From UHGV virus genome UHGV-0207529: DNA of 39,545 nt; one strand, 5' to 3'. Under the pieces are notes generated by a model. It saw nothing but the letters and a program-made list of their open reading frames with translations. It made no database searches and was not told the origin of the DNA. Position 1 is the stretch's first letter, and the number at the start of each line of letters is the position of its first letter. The translations under genes were made by a program, and so were the position numbers. The DNA comes from a virus. Below, piece after piece: positions 16,632-27,346 of the stretch.

Positions 16632-18512
16632 ATGACGCCAAGTGAACTTAGCGACCTGCTTTGGGAGCAGGTTGACAGGGTGGCTCCGCACCTGTTGCCA
16701 AACGGCAAGAAAGAGGGGCATGAGTGGGTTGCCGGTAACGTCAACGGTGACAAGGGAAACAGCCTTAAGGTCAACCTTAGCGGCAAGAAAAAATGGGCTG
16801 ATTTCGCTGAGGGAGACGGCGGTGACATGCTTGATTTGTGGATGGCATGTCGTGGAATTAACCTGCATCAGGCGATGCAGGAAGCGAAAGCATTTCTCGG
16901 AATCAAGGATGACGATCACCATTTCGATGCCAAACGTGAGAAGAAATTCTCCAGACCTGATCGCAAGAAGATCGCCCGCTACGTTACCAGAACAGAATCC
17001 CATCTTGAGTACCTGCAATCGCGTGGCATATCGCCAGAAATCGTAAAGCGATACGAGGTTGTCAGCGGCAAGGTGTGGAATGGAGAGCGGGAACTGGATG
17101 CTCTGGTGATTCCGTACAAACGCGATGGTGAGTTGTTGCAGGTCAAGCGAATCAGCACTGAGCGCCCGGACGGGAAGAAAGTCATTATGGCAGAAGGTGA
17201 TTGCGAACCTTGTCTGTTCGGATGGCAGGCTCTGGACGCTGGCGTGAGGGCGGTTGTACTTTGCGAAGGCGAAATTGATTGTATGAGCTATGCGCAATAC
17301 GGCATCTCGGCGTTATCCGTGCCGTTTGGTGGCGGGAAAGGCGCTAAGCAACAGTGGATTGAGTTTGAGTATCACAACCTCGACAGGTTTGAGGAAATAT
17401 TCATCTCGATGGACGTTGATGATGTTGGTCGTGAAGCCGCAAGGGAAATCGCAAGCCGACTCGGTGAACATCGTTGCCGTCTTGTTACTCTGCCGTACAA
17501 AGACATCAACGAATGCCTGATGAACGGTGTTACCGAGGATGAAATCTGGCAGTACATCGGCACGGCATCCTACTTCGATCCTGAAGAACTCTACAGCGCG
17601 CGAGAGTTTTACCAGGACACTATCAACGCTTTCTACGGCAAGCAGCAGTATCTGTTTAATCCACCGTGGGAATCTCTGGCAGATAAATTCCAGTTCCGTG
17701 AGGCAGAATTGACGCTGGTCAATGGTGTGAACGGTCACGGAAAAACGGAGGTTGTCGGGCATATGGCACTTGAGGCAATGCGTCAGGGTGTGAAGACATG
17801 CATCGCGTCACTTGAGCTGAAGCCAGGCATTCTCCTTAAGCGACTTACCCGTCAGGCGACGTGCTGCAAGATGCCGCCAGTGCTGGAAATTGACTCTGCA
17901 TTTAAATTTTATGACGAAAGACTTTGGGTGTTTGGTCTGACCGGAACGGCGAAAGCCGACAGGCTGATCGAAATATTCGACTACGCTCGCCGCCGATACG
18001 GGATCCAGTTATTCATCATCGACAGCCTGATGAAATGTGGCATAGGCGACGATGACTATAACGGGCAGAAGGCGTTTGTTGACTCGATTTGCGACTTCAA
18101 AAACAAAACAAACTCCCACGTCATTCTCGTTACTCACTCGCGAAAAGGAGACAGCGAAGAAAAACCAACCGGGAAAATGGACGTAAAAGGCTCTGGAGCG
18201 ATAACAGACCTGACAGACAACCTTTTCATCATCTGGCGTAACAAGGCTCGCGAGAGAGCGTTACAGAGAGTTCAGAGTGGTGAAAAGATGTCAGAGAAGG
18301 ACGAACAGCTACTGGCATCTCCGGCATCTGTTTTGATGCTTGAAAAACAACGTAACGGCGAAGGTTGGGAAGGTGGTGTCCCGTTGTTCCTTGACGAGCA
18401 ATCGCACCAGTTCCTGCAACTTGAATCAGGATCGCCATATAGCTACATCGCCAATATGCCGAAATCGGAATATGACGAGGCGTGGCGACAGGAAAACGTA
18501 ACAGAGTATTAA
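16632..18512 (+). CDS. Primase-helicase (toprim primase fused to DnaB-like SF4 helicase)
   Basis: Walker A (GVNGHGKTE) and Walker B (LFIIDSL) in the C-terminal half; toprim-like acidic motif (VVLCEGEIDCMSY) in the N-terminal half. Confidence 0.75.
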   Translation: MTPSELSDLLWEQVDRVAPHLLPNGKKEGHEWVAGNVNGDKGNSLKVNLSGKKKWADFAEGDGGDMLDLWMACRGINLHQAMQEAKAFLGIKDDDHHFDAKREKKFSRPDRKKIARYVTRTESHLEYLQSRGISPEIVKRYEVVSGKVWNGERELDALVIPYKRDGELLQVKRISTERPDGKKVIMAEGDCEPCLFGWQALDAGVRAVVLCEGEIDCMSYAQYGISALSVPFGGGKGAKQQWIEFEYHNLDRFEEIFISMDVDDVGREAAREIASRLGEHRCRLVTLPYKDINECLMNGVTEDEIWQYIGTASYFDPEELYSAREFYQDTINAFYGKQQYLFNPPWESLADKFQFREAELTLVNGVNGHGKTEVVGHMALEAMRQGVKTCIASLELKPGILLKRLTRQATCCKMPPVLEIDSAFKFYDERLWVFGLTGTAKADRLIEIFDYARRRYGIQLFIIDSLMKCGIGDDDYNGQKAFVDSICDFKNKTNSHVILVTHSRKGDSEEKPTGKMDVKGSGAITDLTDNLFIIWRNKARERALQRVQSGEKMSEKDEQLLASPASVLMLEKQRNGEGWEGGVPLFLDEQSHQFLQLESGSPYSYIANMPKSEYDEAWRQENVTEY

Positions 18513-18542
18513 ATGACCATCTACATCACTGAGATAATAACA

Positions 18543-18572
18543 GGGGCTATTTACACAGTAGCCCTTTTTTAT
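18543..18572 (+). terminator. Rho-independent terminator after the replication genes
   Basis: Hairpin gggctatttacacagtagccc followed by TTTTTT. Confidence 0.55.
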
Positions 18573-18594
18573 TGGATTAAGAACGAGGGGGATC

Positions 18595-18810
18595 ATGATG
18601 GACACCGTTAACGGAATGTGTTCAGACGCACCGCGTGCCAAAAAATGTAAATGCGGAAAATCACCGACAATATTCGACATGGAGAACGGGTGCCAAATCT
18701 ACTGCGCTAACCACGCCGCTGTGGCGGCCGCGAATTATCGCAGTGCGGTAACGGAGTGGAATAACCTGAAATCTGTTAGAGAGGGAAGTCATGAAAAAAC
18801 TAACCTTTGA
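18595..18810 (+). CDS. Small Cys-rich nin-region protein (hypothetical)
   Basis: 71-aa ORF with GAGGGGGA SD; four to six cysteines. Confidence 0.4.
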   Translation: MMDTVNGMCSDAPRAKKCKCGKSPTIFDMENGCQIYCANHAAVAAANYRSAVTEWNNLKSVREGSHEKTNL

Positions 18811-19231
18811 AATTCGATCTCCGGCACATCAGCAAAACGCTATTCACGCAGTACAGCAAATCCTTCCAGACCCAACCAGACCAATCGTAGTAACCATTCA
18901 GGAACGCAACCGCAGCTTAGACCAAAACAGGAAGCTTTGGGCTTGCCTTGGTGACGTCTCTCGTCAGGTTGAATGGCATGGTCGCTGGCTGGATGCAGAA
19001 AGCTGGAAGTGTGTGTTTACCGCAGCATTAAAGCAGCAGGATATTGTTCCTAACCTTGCCGGGAATGGCTTTGTGGTAATAGGCCAGTCAACCAGCAGGA
19101 TGCGTGTAAGCGAATTTGCGGAGCTATTAGAGCTTATACAGGCATTCGGTACAGAGCGTGGCGTTAAGTGGTCAGACGAAGCGCGACTGGCTCTGGAGTG
19201 GAAAGCAAGATGGGGAGACAAGGCTGCATGA
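18791..19231 (+). CDS. ninB: NinB (Orf recombination mediator family)
   Basis: 146 aa; MKKLTFEIRSPAHQQNAIHAVQQILPDPT... matches lambda NinB. Confidence 0.9.
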   Translation: MKKLTFEIRSPAHQQNAIHAVQQILPDPTRPIVVTIQERNRSLDQNRKLWACLGDVSRQVEWHGRWLDAESWKCVFTAALKQQDIVPNLAGNGFVVIGQSTSRMRVSEFAELLELIQAFGTERGVKWSDEARLALEWKARWGDKAA

Positions 19232-20073
19232 TAAATGTCGTTAGTTTCTCCGGTGGCAGGACGTCAGCATATTTGCTCTGGCTAATGGAGCAAAAGCGAC
19301 AGGCTGGTGAAGACGTGCATTACGTTTTCATGGATACAGGGGCAGAGCACCCTAAAACATATGAGTTCATCCGAAATATCGTCAGTAACTGGAAAATAGA
19401 CTTACATTGCCTTCGTGTAATACCTAATCCAGAAATGGGGAAGGCCAGTAGTTATGAAGAGATAGGTGTCACTGATATTGGTCCAGATCTTATACCGTGG
19501 AAAAGGATGTTGAATAAATACGGACATCCATATATCGGCGGTGCGTTCTGTACCGACAGAATGAAGTCTGTTCCATTCACCAAATATTGTCAGGAAAAGT
19601 TTGGGAAAGGAAATTACATCACATGGCTTGGCATTCGCACAGATGAACCAAACAGGCTTAAAAGGGATAATGGTTTTCGGTATCTGGCTGATATAAGCGA
19701 TTTTGAAAAACAGGATGTGCTTGATTGGTGGAGTGAGCAGAAGTTTGATCTTGGCATACAGGAGCATCTTGGTAATTGTGTTTTCTGCATAAAAAAAAGT
19801 ATGCAAAAGGTGGCGCTGGCAGCCATGGATGAGCCAGAACTTGCAGATGCATTTATCAACATCCTTGATACAGAAATAAAAACAGGAAATGAACCGGTTA
19901 TGTATCGAGGGAATAATACACTTAAATCACTGATTGCCTTGTTTAGTGATATATCAAGAGATGAGTTAGCCTCAAGAATGACATCAATGCGACAGTATGA
20001 TTCAGGTTCGTGTTCTGAATCATGTGAAGCATTTTCATGTCAGCTTGGATTTAATTTTGAGGATGCGGCATGA
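19228..20073 (+). CDS. ninC: NinC-like (PAPS-reductase-like fold)
   Basis: [22 protein letters not shown]... N-terminus and C-terminal [10 protein letters not shown] match lambda NinC; ATGA overlap with ninB. Confidence 0.8.
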   Translation: MINVVSFSGGRTSAYLLWLMEQKRQAGEDVHYVFMDTGAEHPKTYEFIRNIVSNWKIDLHCLRVIPNPEMGKASSYEEIGVTDIGPDLIPWKRMLNKYGHPYIGGAFCTDRMKSVPFTKYCQEKFGKGNYITWLGIRTDEPNRLKRDNGFRYLADISDFEKQDVLDWWSEQKFDLGIQEHLGNCVFCIKKSMQKVALAAMDEPELADAFINILDTEIKTGNEPVMYRGNNTLKSLIALFSDISRDELASRMTSMRQYDSGSCSESCEAFSCQLGFNFEDAA

Positions 20074-20246
20074 GACGACAGCGACGAAGTTTCACCGACA
20101 TCATCTGTGAAAACTGCAAATACCTTCCAACGAAACGCTCCAGAAATAAACGCAAGCCAATCCCAAAAGAATCTGACGTAAAAACCTTCAACTACACGGC
20201 TCACCTGTGGGATATCCGGTGGCTAAGACATCGTGCGAGGAAATGA
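20070..20246 (+). CDS. NinD/NinE-like small basic protein
   Basis: 58 aa ([29 protein letters not shown]...) not on the track; ATGA overlaps at both ends. Confidence 0.55.
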   Translation: MRRQRRSFTDIICENCKYLPTKRSRNKRKPIPKESDVKTFNYTAHLWDIRWLRHRARK

Positions 20247-20608
20247 CAATGGATTATTCACAGTTAAGTGATTTTGAAATTAACAAGCGAGTGGCAATTT
20301 GCTGTGGATTTGCTCCCGAAGATTGCGAAATCGCAAAGTTGGGAACATCAATCGTTGGTGTTGCGTGGGATGACGAAACTGGTTATGCAATAAAAACGGT
20401 TGATTACTGTAAAAGCCCATCAGACGCAGAGCCGATTATCGTAGAGAACAGAATTGGCATTATTCCAGCGCCAGAAAATGGATTATGGAAGGCAGCGCAT
20501 AGAAAAGTTGGCAGTGATAGTACCCCATATCATATGACTCAAGATGAAAACCCACTACGCGCCGCCATGATTACCTTTCTCATGATGCAGGACGCTAATA
20601 ATGCTTAG
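20243..20608 (+). CDS. Hypothetical nin-region protein
   Basis: Internal ATG ([18 protein letters not shown]...) of track ORF 20207..20608, coupled to the upstream gene. Confidence 0.5.
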   Translation: MTMDYSQLSDFEINKRVAICCGFAPEDCEIAKLGTSIVGVAWDDETGYAIKTVDYCKSPSDAEPIIVENRIGIIPAPENGLWKAAHRKVGSDSTPYHMTQDENPLRAAMITFLMMQDANNA

Positions 20609-20777
20609 CCCATCCCAATCTCTTCAATACCAGAAAGAAAGCGTCGAGCGAGCTTTAACGTGCGCTAACTGCGGTAAGAAGCTGCATGTGCTGGAAGTTC
20701 ACGTGTGTGAGCACTGCTGCGCAGAACTGATGAGCGATCCGAATAGCTCAATGTACGAGGAAGAATACGATGGCTAA
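20601..20777 (+). CDS. ninF: NinF-like small Cys-rich protein
   Basis: 58 aa ([40 protein letters not shown]...) not on the track; overlaps both neighbours. Confidence 0.55.
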   Translation: MLSPSQSLQYQKESVERALTCANCGKKLHVLEVHVCEHCCAELMSDPNSSMYEEEYDG

Positions 20778-21381
20778 ACCAGCGCGAAGACGATGTAAAA
20801 ACGAAGAATGTCGGGAATGGTTTCACCCTGCATTCGCTAATCAGTGGTGGTGCTCTCCAGAGTGTGGAACAAAGATAGCACTCGAACGACGAAGCAAAGA
20901 ACGCGAAAAAGCGGAAAAAGCAGCAGAGAAGAAACGACGACGAGAGGAGCAGAAACAGAAAGATAAACTGAAGATTCGAAAACTCGCCTTAAAGCCCCGC
21001 AGTTACTGGATTAAACAAGCCCAACAAGCCGTAAACGCCTTCATCAGAGAAAGAGACCGCGACTTACCATGTATCTCGTGCGGAACGCTCACGTCTGCTC
21101 AGTGGGATGCCGGACATTACCGGACAACTGCTGCGGCACCTCAACTCCGATTTGATGAACGCAATATTCACAAGCAATGCGTGGTGTGCAACCAGCATAA
21201 AAGCGGAAATCTCGTTCCGTATCGCGTCGAACTGATTAACCGAATCGGGCAGGAAGCAGTAGACGAAATCGAATCAAACCATAAACGCCATCGCTGGACT
21301 ATCGAAGAGTGCAAGGCGATCAAGGCGGAGTATCAGCAGAAACTCAAAGACCTGCGAAATAGCAGAAGTGAGGCCGCATGA
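20770..21381 (+). CDS. ninG: NinG (Rap-like recombination endonuclease)
   Basis: 203 aa; matches lambda NinG by N-terminus and Cys/His motifs. Confidence 0.85.
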   Translation: MAKPARRRCKNEECREWFHPAFANQWWCSPECGTKIALERRSKEREKAEKAAEKKRRREEQKQKDKLKIRKLALKPRSYWIKQAQQAVNAFIRERDRDLPCISCGTLTSAQWDAGHYRTTAAAPQLRFDERNIHKQCVVCNQHKSGNLVPYRVELINRIGQEAVDEIESNHKRHRWTIEECKAIKAEYQQKLKDLRNSRSEAA

Positions 21382-21584
21382 CGTTCTCAGTAAAAACCAT
21401 TCCAGACATGCTCGTTGAAGCATACGGAAACCAGACAGAAGTAGCACGCAGACTGAAATGTAGTCGCGGCACGGTCAGAAAATACGTTGATGATAAAGAC
21501 GGGAAAATGCACGCCATCGTCAACGACGTTCTTATGGTTCATCGCGGATGGAGTGAAAGAGATGCGCTATTACGAAAGAATTGA
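21378..21584 (+). CDS. ninH: NinH
   Basis: 68 aa; [37 protein letters not shown] matches lambda NinH. Confidence 0.8.
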   Translation: MTFSVKTIPDMLVEAYGNQTEVARRLKCSRGTVRKYVDDKDGKMHAIVNDVLMVHRGWSERDALLRKN

Positions 21585-22233
21585 TGGCAGCAAATACCGA
21601 AATATTTGGGTAGTTGGCGATCTGCACGGATGCTACACGAACCTGATGAAAAAACTGGAGGCGATAGGATTCGACACCAAAAAAGACCTGCTTATCTCGG
21701 TTGGCGATTTGGTTGATCGCGGTACAGAGAACGTCGAATGTATGGAATTAATCACATTCCCCTGGTTCAGAGCTGTACGTGGAAACCATGAGCAAATGAT
21801 GATTGATGGCTTATCAGAGCGTGGAAACGTTAATCACTGGCTGCTTAATGGCGGTGGCTGGTTCTTTAATCTCGATTACGACAAAGAAATTCTGGCTAAA
21901 GCTCTTGCCCATAAAGCAGAAGAACTTCCGTTAATCATCGAACTGGTGAGCAAAGGTAAAAAATATGTCATCTGCCACGCCGATTATCCTTGTGACGAAT
22001 ACGAATTTGGAAAGCCAGTTGATCATCAGCAGGTAATCTGGAACCGCGAACGAATCAGCAACTCACAAGACGGGATCGTGAAAGAAATCAAAGGCGCGGA
22101 CACGTTCATCTTTGGTCATACGCCAGCAGTGAAACCACTCAAGTTTGCCAACCAGATGTATATCGATACCGGCGCAGTGTTCTGCGGAAACCTCACATTG
22201 ATTCAGGTACAGGGAGAAGGCGCATGGGCATAA
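21562..22233 (+). CDS. Ser/Thr protein phosphatase (lambda NinI type)
   Basis: [24 protein letters not shown]...GNHE metallophosphatase motifs; internal start of track ORF 21487..22233. Confidence 0.9.
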   Translation: MRYYERIDGSKYRNIWVVGDLHGCYTNLMKKLEAIGFDTKKDLLISVGDLVDRGTENVECMELITFPWFRAVRGNHEQMMIDGLSERGNVNHWLLNGGGWFFNLDYDKEILAKALAHKAEELPLIIELVSKGKKYVICHADYPCDEYEFGKPVDHQQVIWNRERISNSQDGIVKEIKGADTFIFGHTPAVKPLKFANQMYIDTGAVFCGNLTLIQVQGEGAWA

Positions 22234-22712
22234 GAGAACTAAACCTCACCAAAGAGCAGCACGAGTGGCTGAATGGCTGGCTTGAACTGTGGGGCGCATG
22301 GGTTTATTCAGGTCGTCTGGAAAAGCGCATGAGCAGCGTAATAGCGAAGTTCATGGAGAGCGTAGAGCCGGGAAGAGTTATGACAAGGCCAATGTGCAAT
22401 GATGATGATGGAATGTTGATTTCTCAGGTCGTCGATTCCGTCATGTACATTGACAAGAAAGCCTTTGGCATCCTCCTCAGCTACTACGCTCATGGATCTT
22501 CCAAGCACGCCATTGCATCTTACTATCATCGCGTCGCAAGACCTCGCAAGATGTTATGCCGGGGCGGCGGGCGCATTCAAAAACCATCGCTCGCAACCTG
22601 TCGTCGGGAAGTTGACGAAATCCTCAATGCCTCGTTGTTTATGATTTACCCGGTTCTGGATAGTGCGTTTAAAAACCGGAAACGTGTAGAGAAAATTAAA
22701 CATGTAGCATAG
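22224..22712 (+). CDS. Late-gene antiterminator Q-like
   Basis: 162-aa ORF in the Q position, between the phosphatase and the late promoter/tRNA/lysis block; family assigned mainly by position. Confidence 0.55.
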   Translation: MGIRELNLTKEQHEWLNGWLELWGAWVYSGRLEKRMSSVIAKFMESVEPGRVMTRPMCNDDDGMLISQVVDSVMYIDKKAFGILLSYYAHGSSKHAIASYYHRVARPRKMLCRGGGRIQKPSLATCRREVDEILNASLFMIYPVLDSAFKNRKRVEKIKHVA

Positions 22713-22718
22713 AACGTG

Positions 22719-22800
22719 TTGACATCATTGAGCAAATGAGCAACACTATTGGCATAAGCTGCCGTTAGTGACTCTTAAGTTGCAACGGTGGCTTTTTTTA
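22719..22800 (+). promoter_or_regulatory. Putative late promoter pR' with short leader and tR'-like terminator
   Basis: TTGACA immediately after the Q stop; -10 ambiguous; a hairpin plus T7 run about 70 bp downstream. Confidence 0.4.
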
Positions 22801-22803
22801 TTT

Positions 22804-22878
22804 GGGTCAGTCGTATAAAGGTCATTACGGAAGGCTGTTAACCTTCTTATCGTGGTTCGAGTCCACGCTGTCCCGCCA
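22804..22878 (+). tRNA. tRNA-Asn (GTT) candidate, non-canonical D-arm
   Basis: Hand-folded: T-arm cgtgg-TTCGAGT-ccacg, anticodon stem gaagg/ccttc with loop CTGTTAA, acceptor 6/7 paired, CCA end. Coordinates approximate. Confidence 0.45.
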
Positions 22879-22883
22879 AACAT

Positions 22884-22959
22884 GCTGGTTTAGCTCCAAT
22901 GGTAGAGCGGTCGCCTTGTAAGCGAATGGGTAGCGGTTCAAGTCCGTTAACCAGCACCA
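22884..22959 (+). tRNA. tRNA-Thr (TGT) candidate
   Basis: Hand-folded: acceptor gctggtt/aaccagc, D-arm TAGCTC...GGTAGAGC, anticodon loop CTTGTAA, T-loop TTCAAGT, CCA end. Coordinates approximate. Confidence 0.6.
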
Positions 22960-23048
22960 TAACTGAGCCGTATCCACTGGCTATCCTGAATTCATCAGTG
23001 ATAGTTACGCTGCGGCCTTCTACACATGATCTTCGTGAAAGCGGGTGA

Positions 23049-23081
23049 CAGGAGGTCGCGCTAACAACCTCCTGCCGTTTT
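23049..23081 (+). terminator. Rho-independent terminator downstream of the tRNAs
   Basis: 8-bp stem caggaggt/acctcctg followed by ccgtttt. Confidence 0.5.
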
Positions 23082-23201
23082 GCCCGTGCATATCGGTCAC
23101 GAACAAATCTGATTACTAAACACAGTAGCCTGGATTTGTTCTATCAGTAATCGACCTTATTCCTAATTAAATAGAGCAAATCCCCTTATTGGGGCTAAGA
23201 C

Positions 23202-23525
23202 ATGAAGATGCCAGAAAAACATGACCTGTTAGCCGCCATTCTCGCGGCAAAGGAACAAGGCATCGGGGCAATCCTTGCGTTTGCAATGGCGTACCTTCGC
23301 GGCAGATATAATGGCGGTGCGTTTACAAAAACAGTAATCGACGCAACGATGTGCGCCATTATCGCCTGGTTCATTCGTGACCTTCTCGACTTCGCCGGAC
23401 TAAGTAGCAATCTCGCTTATATAACGAGCGTGTTCATCGGCTACATCGGTACTGACTCGATTGGTTCGCTTATCAAACGCTTCGCTGCTAAAAAAGCCGG
23501 AGTAGAAGATGGTGGAAATCAATAA
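23202..23525 (+). CDS. S: Holin S (class I, dual-start)
   Basis: 107 aa; [34 protein letters not shown]... matches lambda S, including the Met1/Met3 dual start. Confidence 0.95.
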   Translation: MKMPEKHDLLAAILAAKEQGIGAILAFAMAYLRGRYNGGAFTKTVIDATMCAIIAWFIRDLLDFAGLSSNLAYITSVFIGYIGTDSIGSLIKRFAAKKAGVEDGGNQ

Positions 23526-23985
23526 TCAACGTAAGGCGTTCCTCGATATGCTGGCGTGGTCGGAGGGAACTGATAACGGACGGCAGAAAACCAGAAATCA
23601 TGGTTATGACGTCATTGTAGGCGGAGAGCTATTCACTGATTACTCTGATCACCCTCGCAAACTTGTCACGCTAAACCCAAAACTCAAATCAACAGCCGCC
23701 GGGCGTTACCAGCTTCTTTCCCGTTGGTGGGATGCCTATCGTAAGCAGCTTGGACTGAAAGACTTCTCTCCGAAAAGCCAGGACGCTGTGGCACTGCAGC
23801 AGATTAAAGAGCGTGGCGCTTTACCGATGATTGATCGCGGTGATATTCGTCAGGCAATTGACCGTTGCAGCAATATCTGGGCTTCACTTCCGGGCGCTGG
23901 TTATGGTCAGTTCGAGCATAAGGCTGACAGCCTGATTGCAAAATTCAAAGAAGCTGGCGGAACGGTCAGAGAGATTGAGGTATGA
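23509..23985 (+). CDS. R: Endolysin R (lytic transglycosylase)
   Basis: 158 aa; [35 protein letters not shown] matches lambda R. Confidence 0.95.
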   Translation: MVEINNQRKAFLDMLAWSEGTDNGRQKTRNHGYDVIVGGELFTDYSDHPRKLVTLNPKLKSTAAGRYQLLSRWWDAYRKQLGLKDFSPKSQDAVALQQIKERGALPMIDRGDIRQAIDRCSNIWASLPGAGYGQFEHKADSLIAKFKEAGGTVREIEV

Positions 23986-24419
23986 GCAGAGTAACCGCGA
24001 TCATCTCCGCTCTGGTTATCTGCATCATCGTCTGCCTGTCATGGGCGGTTAATCATTACCGTGATAACGCCATGACCTATAAAGGCCAGCGAGATAAAGC
24101 CACATCCATCATCGCTGATATGCAGAAGCGTCAACGTGATGTAGCAGAACTCGACGCCAGATACACAAAGGAGCTTGCTGATGCTAACGCGACTATCGAA
24201 AGTCTCCGTGCTGATGTTTCTGCTGGGCGTAAGCGGCTGCAAGTCGCCGCCACCTGTGCAAAGTCAACGACCGGAGCCAGCAGCATGGGCGATGGAGAAA
24301 GCCCAAGACTTACAGCAGATGCTGAACTCAATTATTACCGTCTCAGAAGTGGAATCGACAGGATAACCGCGCAGGTTAACTACCTGCAGGAATACATCAG
24401 GACGCAATGCCTGAAATAA
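23982..24419 (+). CDS. Rz: Rz i-spanin
   Basis: N-terminal transmembrane segment followed by coiled coil; directly after R. Confidence 0.85.
   Translation: MSRVTAIISALVICIIVCLSWAVNHYRDNAMTYKGQRDKATSIIADMQKRQRDVAELDARYTKELADANATIESLRADVSAGRKRLQVAATCAKSTTGASSMGDGESPRLTADAELNYYRLRSGIDRITAQVNYLQEYIRTQCLK
24175..24366 (+). CDS. Rz1: Rz1 o-spanin lipoprotein, embedded in the +1 frame of Rz
   Basis: Lipobox LLGVSGC followed by a proline-rich segment; entirely inside Rz. Confidence 0.6.
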   Translation: MLMLTRLSKVSVLMFLLGVSGCKSPPPVQSQRPEPAAWAMEKAQDLQQMLNSIITVSEVESTG

Positions 24420-24619
24420 TTTTTTTGCAAATCACAAAGTCAATTTAATGAGCCTCGCGATGCGGGGCTTTTTTTACATCTGAATTTCACAGCGCATCTC
24501 ACGCGCATATTAACGAGAGCCTTTCAGTAAGCGAGCCTGAGAAATGCCGTTATAGGTGGCGACCTCTCTCGGGCGGCTTTTCTGTGAGACAGGCTCACTT
24601 TCTAAAAGGTAAAGACGCT

Positions 24620-25144
24620 ATGAATAATCATTCAGTTATTCCAGCCTTCGACTTCCGAGAAATGGTGCAAGCCAAAAACGGAGAGGTCGTTACCACATCC
24701 AGAAAAATTGCCAAGTACTTCGGCAAGCGACACGGTGATGTTCTCAGGAAAATCGAGCAGGTTAAGGCTGATTGCTCGCGTGAGTTTAGCCAACGCAATT
24801 TTGCGTCGGCTGATTATATCGATGAGCAGGGCAAGGTTCGCCCGATGTACAGCCTGACGAAAGATGGCTGGATCATGGTTGTGATGGGGTTCACCGGGAA
24901 AGCTGCTGCGGCAATCAAGGAGAGCTATATCGCAGCATTCAACTGGATGGCAGAACAACTGAGCCGCCGCATGGCAATTGGCGAAGAAATGCAGCACCGC
25001 TACGCCATCAAAGAAACACGCTCAAAGCTGAAAGGTACGATCGGCAGTCGGTTAATGAACGAACGGAAGAAAGAGAAGCGTGTCCTGGCTGTCGAGCATG
25101 AATACATCTTGCAGGTGACACAGCCTGAACTGCTGATTAATTGA
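24620..25144 (+). CDS. Rha-family phage regulatory protein
   Basis: Internal ATG (MNNHSVIPAF...); Rha-like N-terminal domain pattern (GEVVTTSRKIAKYFGKRHGDVLRKIEQ). Confidence 0.55.
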   Translation: MNNHSVIPAFDFREMVQAKNGEVVTTSRKIAKYFGKRHGDVLRKIEQVKADCSREFSQRNFASADYIDEQGKVRPMYSLTKDGWIMVVMGFTGKAAAAIKESYIAAFNWMAEQLSRRMAIGEEMQHRYAIKETRSKLKGTIGSRLMNERKKEKRVLAVEHEYILQVTQPELLIN

Positions 25145-25247
25145 AGATGTCATTACAAAGCCTATCTACGGGGGGCTTGATAATGGCTTATACCCTGCAC
25201 GGGATAACTTAACTGATATCCCTTTTAACGGATAAACGGAGCCAACA

Positions 25248-25490
25248 ATGGCAGAGATTATTTCCATGACTGAAGAACAGAAATTCCAGCTAGAGATTTA
25301 CAAACTGGTCATGAACCAGAACGCAGCCGCAGAAGAAGCATTTCAGTTCATTGGTACTGACGAGTTGAAGCTTGAGCTATTCAAAATTCACTTCCAGTCA
25401 GGCGGCGCTAATTCGGATATCACGACCCGCACATTTGAAGCGGTGCGTAAATCGAAGGAAGCGTTAGACCTGTTCACTACCGGAGCATAA
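25248..25490 (+). CDS. Hypothetical small protein upstream of terminase
   Basis: 80-aa ORF with GGAG SD. Confidence 0.45.
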   Translation: MAEIISMTEEQKFQLEIYKLVMNQNAAAEEAFQFIGTDELKLELFKIHFQSGGANSDITTRTFEAVRKSKEALDLFTTGA

Positions 25491-25492
25491 AC

Positions 25493-25933
25493 ATGGCGCG
25501 CCCAACAAAGTATCAAGAGGCGTACGCCGAACAGGCACGCAAACTGTGCTTGCTGGGCTACACCGATGCAGAGCTTGCTGATTTCTTCGAAGTCAGTGAG
25601 TCAACTATTAACAAGTGGAAGCTTGATTATCCTAAGTTTTCGGAGTCCATAAAAAAGGGTAAGGCCGTCGCTGATGCAGAAGTTAGTGATCGTCTTTATC
25701 AACGCGCTATGGGCTTCGTGGCTCCAGACATCGATATTCGTGTTATTGAAAACAGTATTGTCGAAACTCCGCTTGAGAAGTATTACCCGCCTGATACAAC
25801 CGCTGCCATCTTCTGGCTTAAGAACCGACAGAAGGATAAATGGCGCGACAAGGTTGATCATGAGCTAACAGGCAAAGACGGCGGCGCAATCCAGATTGAA
25901 ACATCACCGATGAGCACTCTATTCGGAAAATGA
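25493..25933 (+). CDS. Terminase small subunit
   Basis: 146 aa immediately upstream of, and overlapping, the large terminase; HTH-like N-terminus. Confidence 0.75.
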   Translation: MARPTKYQEAYAEQARKLCLLGYTDAELADFFEVSESTINKWKLDYPKFSESIKKGKAVADAEVSDRLYQRAMGFVAPDIDIRVIENSIVETPLEKYYPPDTTAAIFWLKNRQKDKWRDKVDHELTGKDGGAIQIETSPMSTLFGK

Positions 25934-27345
25934 CCTCGATTAATCCTATCTTTGAACCGTTCATTGAGGCGCATCGCTACAAAGTCGCCAAAGGCGGTCG
26001 AGGTAGCGGTAAATCATGGGCAATTGCGAGGCTGCTTGTTGAGGCGGCACGTCGGCAGCCTGTGCGTATTCTTTGCGCTCGTGAACTGCAAAACAGTATC
26101 AGCGATTCGGTAATCCGGTTGCTTGAAGACACCATAGAGCGGGAAGGGTATTCGGCTGAGTTTGAAATTCAGCGTTCAATGATTCGTCATCTCGGAACGA
26201 ATGCTGAGTTCATGTTCTACGGCATCAAAAACAACCCGACGAAGATTAAATCGCTAGAAGGTATTGATATCTGCTGGGTGGAGGAAGCGGAAGCGGTAAC
26301 GAAGGAATCATGGGATATCCTGATACCAACCATCCGCAAGCCGTTTTCCGAAATATGGGTGAGCTTTAACCCTAAGAACATCCTCGACGATACCTATCAG
26401 CGATTTGTCGTAAATCCTCCCGATGATATTTGCCTGCTGACGGTGAACTACACCGACAACCCGCATTTTCCTGAAGTTCTCCGTCTGGAGATGGAAGAGT
26501 GTAAACGCAGAAACCCGACACTGTATCGTCACATCTGGCTTGGTGAGCCAGTAAGCGCAAGTGATATGGCAATCATCAAACGTGAATGGCTTGAAGCCGC
26601 AACCGATGCGCACAAGAAACTCGGATGGAAAGCGAAAGGCGCTGTTGTCTCTGCGCATGACCCATCAGATACAGGGCCAGATGCTAAAGGTTATGCATCG
26701 CGTCACGGTTCGGTTGTTAAGCGCATTGCCGAAGGCCTGCTGATGGACATCAACGAGGGTGCTGACTGGGCTACTTCGCTGGCGATTGAAGACGGCGCTG
26801 ACCATTACCTGTGGGATGGTGATGGCGTTGGTGCCGGGCTACGCAGACAGACAACGGAAGCGTTCTCCGGTAAGAAAATCACCGCCACGATGTTCAAGGG
26901 TAGCGAATCGCCATTCGATGAAGATGCGCCTTACCAGGCCGGAGCATGGGCTGATGAAGTCGTGCATGGCGACAACGTTCGCACTATTGGCGATGTATTC
27001 CGCAATAAGCGAGCGCAATTCTATTACGCGCTGGCTGACAGGCTGTATCTGACATATCGGGCGGTTGTTCACGGTGAGTATGCAGACCCAGACGACATGC
27101 TGAGTTTCGACAAAGAAGCGATAGGCGAGAAGATGCTGGAGAAGCTGTTTGCAGAACTGACGCAGATTCAGCGCAAATTCAATAATAACGGGAAGCTGGA
27201 GCTTATGACTAAGGTCGAAATGAAGCAGAAGCTCGGTATTCCATCTCCTAACCTGGCTGATGCGCTGATGATGTGTATGCATTGCCCGGAGTCGGCTGCG
27301 CAACCCGACTATTCCAGTTACTCAATTCCTTGTGGTGTAGGTTGA
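25930..27345 (+). CDS. Terminase large subunit
   Basis: Walker A-like KGGRGSGKS near the N-terminus; 471 aa; directly upstream of the portal gene. Confidence 0.9.
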   Translation: MTSINPIFEPFIEAHRYKVAKGGRGSGKSWAIARLLVEAARRQPVRILCARELQNSISDSVIRLLEDTIEREGYSAEFEIQRSMIRHLGTNAEFMFYGIKNNPTKIKSLEGIDICWVEEAEAVTKESWDILIPTIRKPFSEIWVSFNPKNILDDTYQRFVVNPPDDICLLTVNYTDNPHFPEVLRLEMEECKRRNPTLYRHIWLGEPVSASDMAIIKREWLEAATDAHKKLGWKAKGAVVSAHDPSDTGPDAKGYASRHGSVVKRIAEGLLMDINEGADWATSLAIEDGADHYLWDGDGVGAGLRRQTTEAFSGKKITATMFKGSESPFDEDAPYQAGAWADEVVHGDNVRTIGDVFRNKRAQFYYALADRLYLTYRAVVHGEYADPDDMLSFDKEAIGEKMLEKLFAELTQIQRKFNNNGKLELMTKVEMKQKLGIPSPNLADALMMCMHCPESAAQPDYSSYSIPCGVG

Positions 27346-27346
27346 T

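Noticed and set aside
16563-17297. 244-aa minus-strand ORF spanning the O/primase-helicase junction
   Set aside because: Lies antisense to two well-supported plus-strand replication genes, has no ribosome-binding site, and its composition mirrors the sense strand; treated as a shadow ORF.
19402-19862. Minus-strand ORFs (64-134 aa) inside the NinC-like gene
   Set aside because: Arise in an AT-rich patch of the ninC coding region; antisense to a gene with conserved N- and C-terminal motifs.
26308-27303. Minus-strand ORFs of 116-154 aa inside the large terminase gene
   Set aside because: Antisense to a high-confidence terminase ORF with Walker motifs; no independent start signals.
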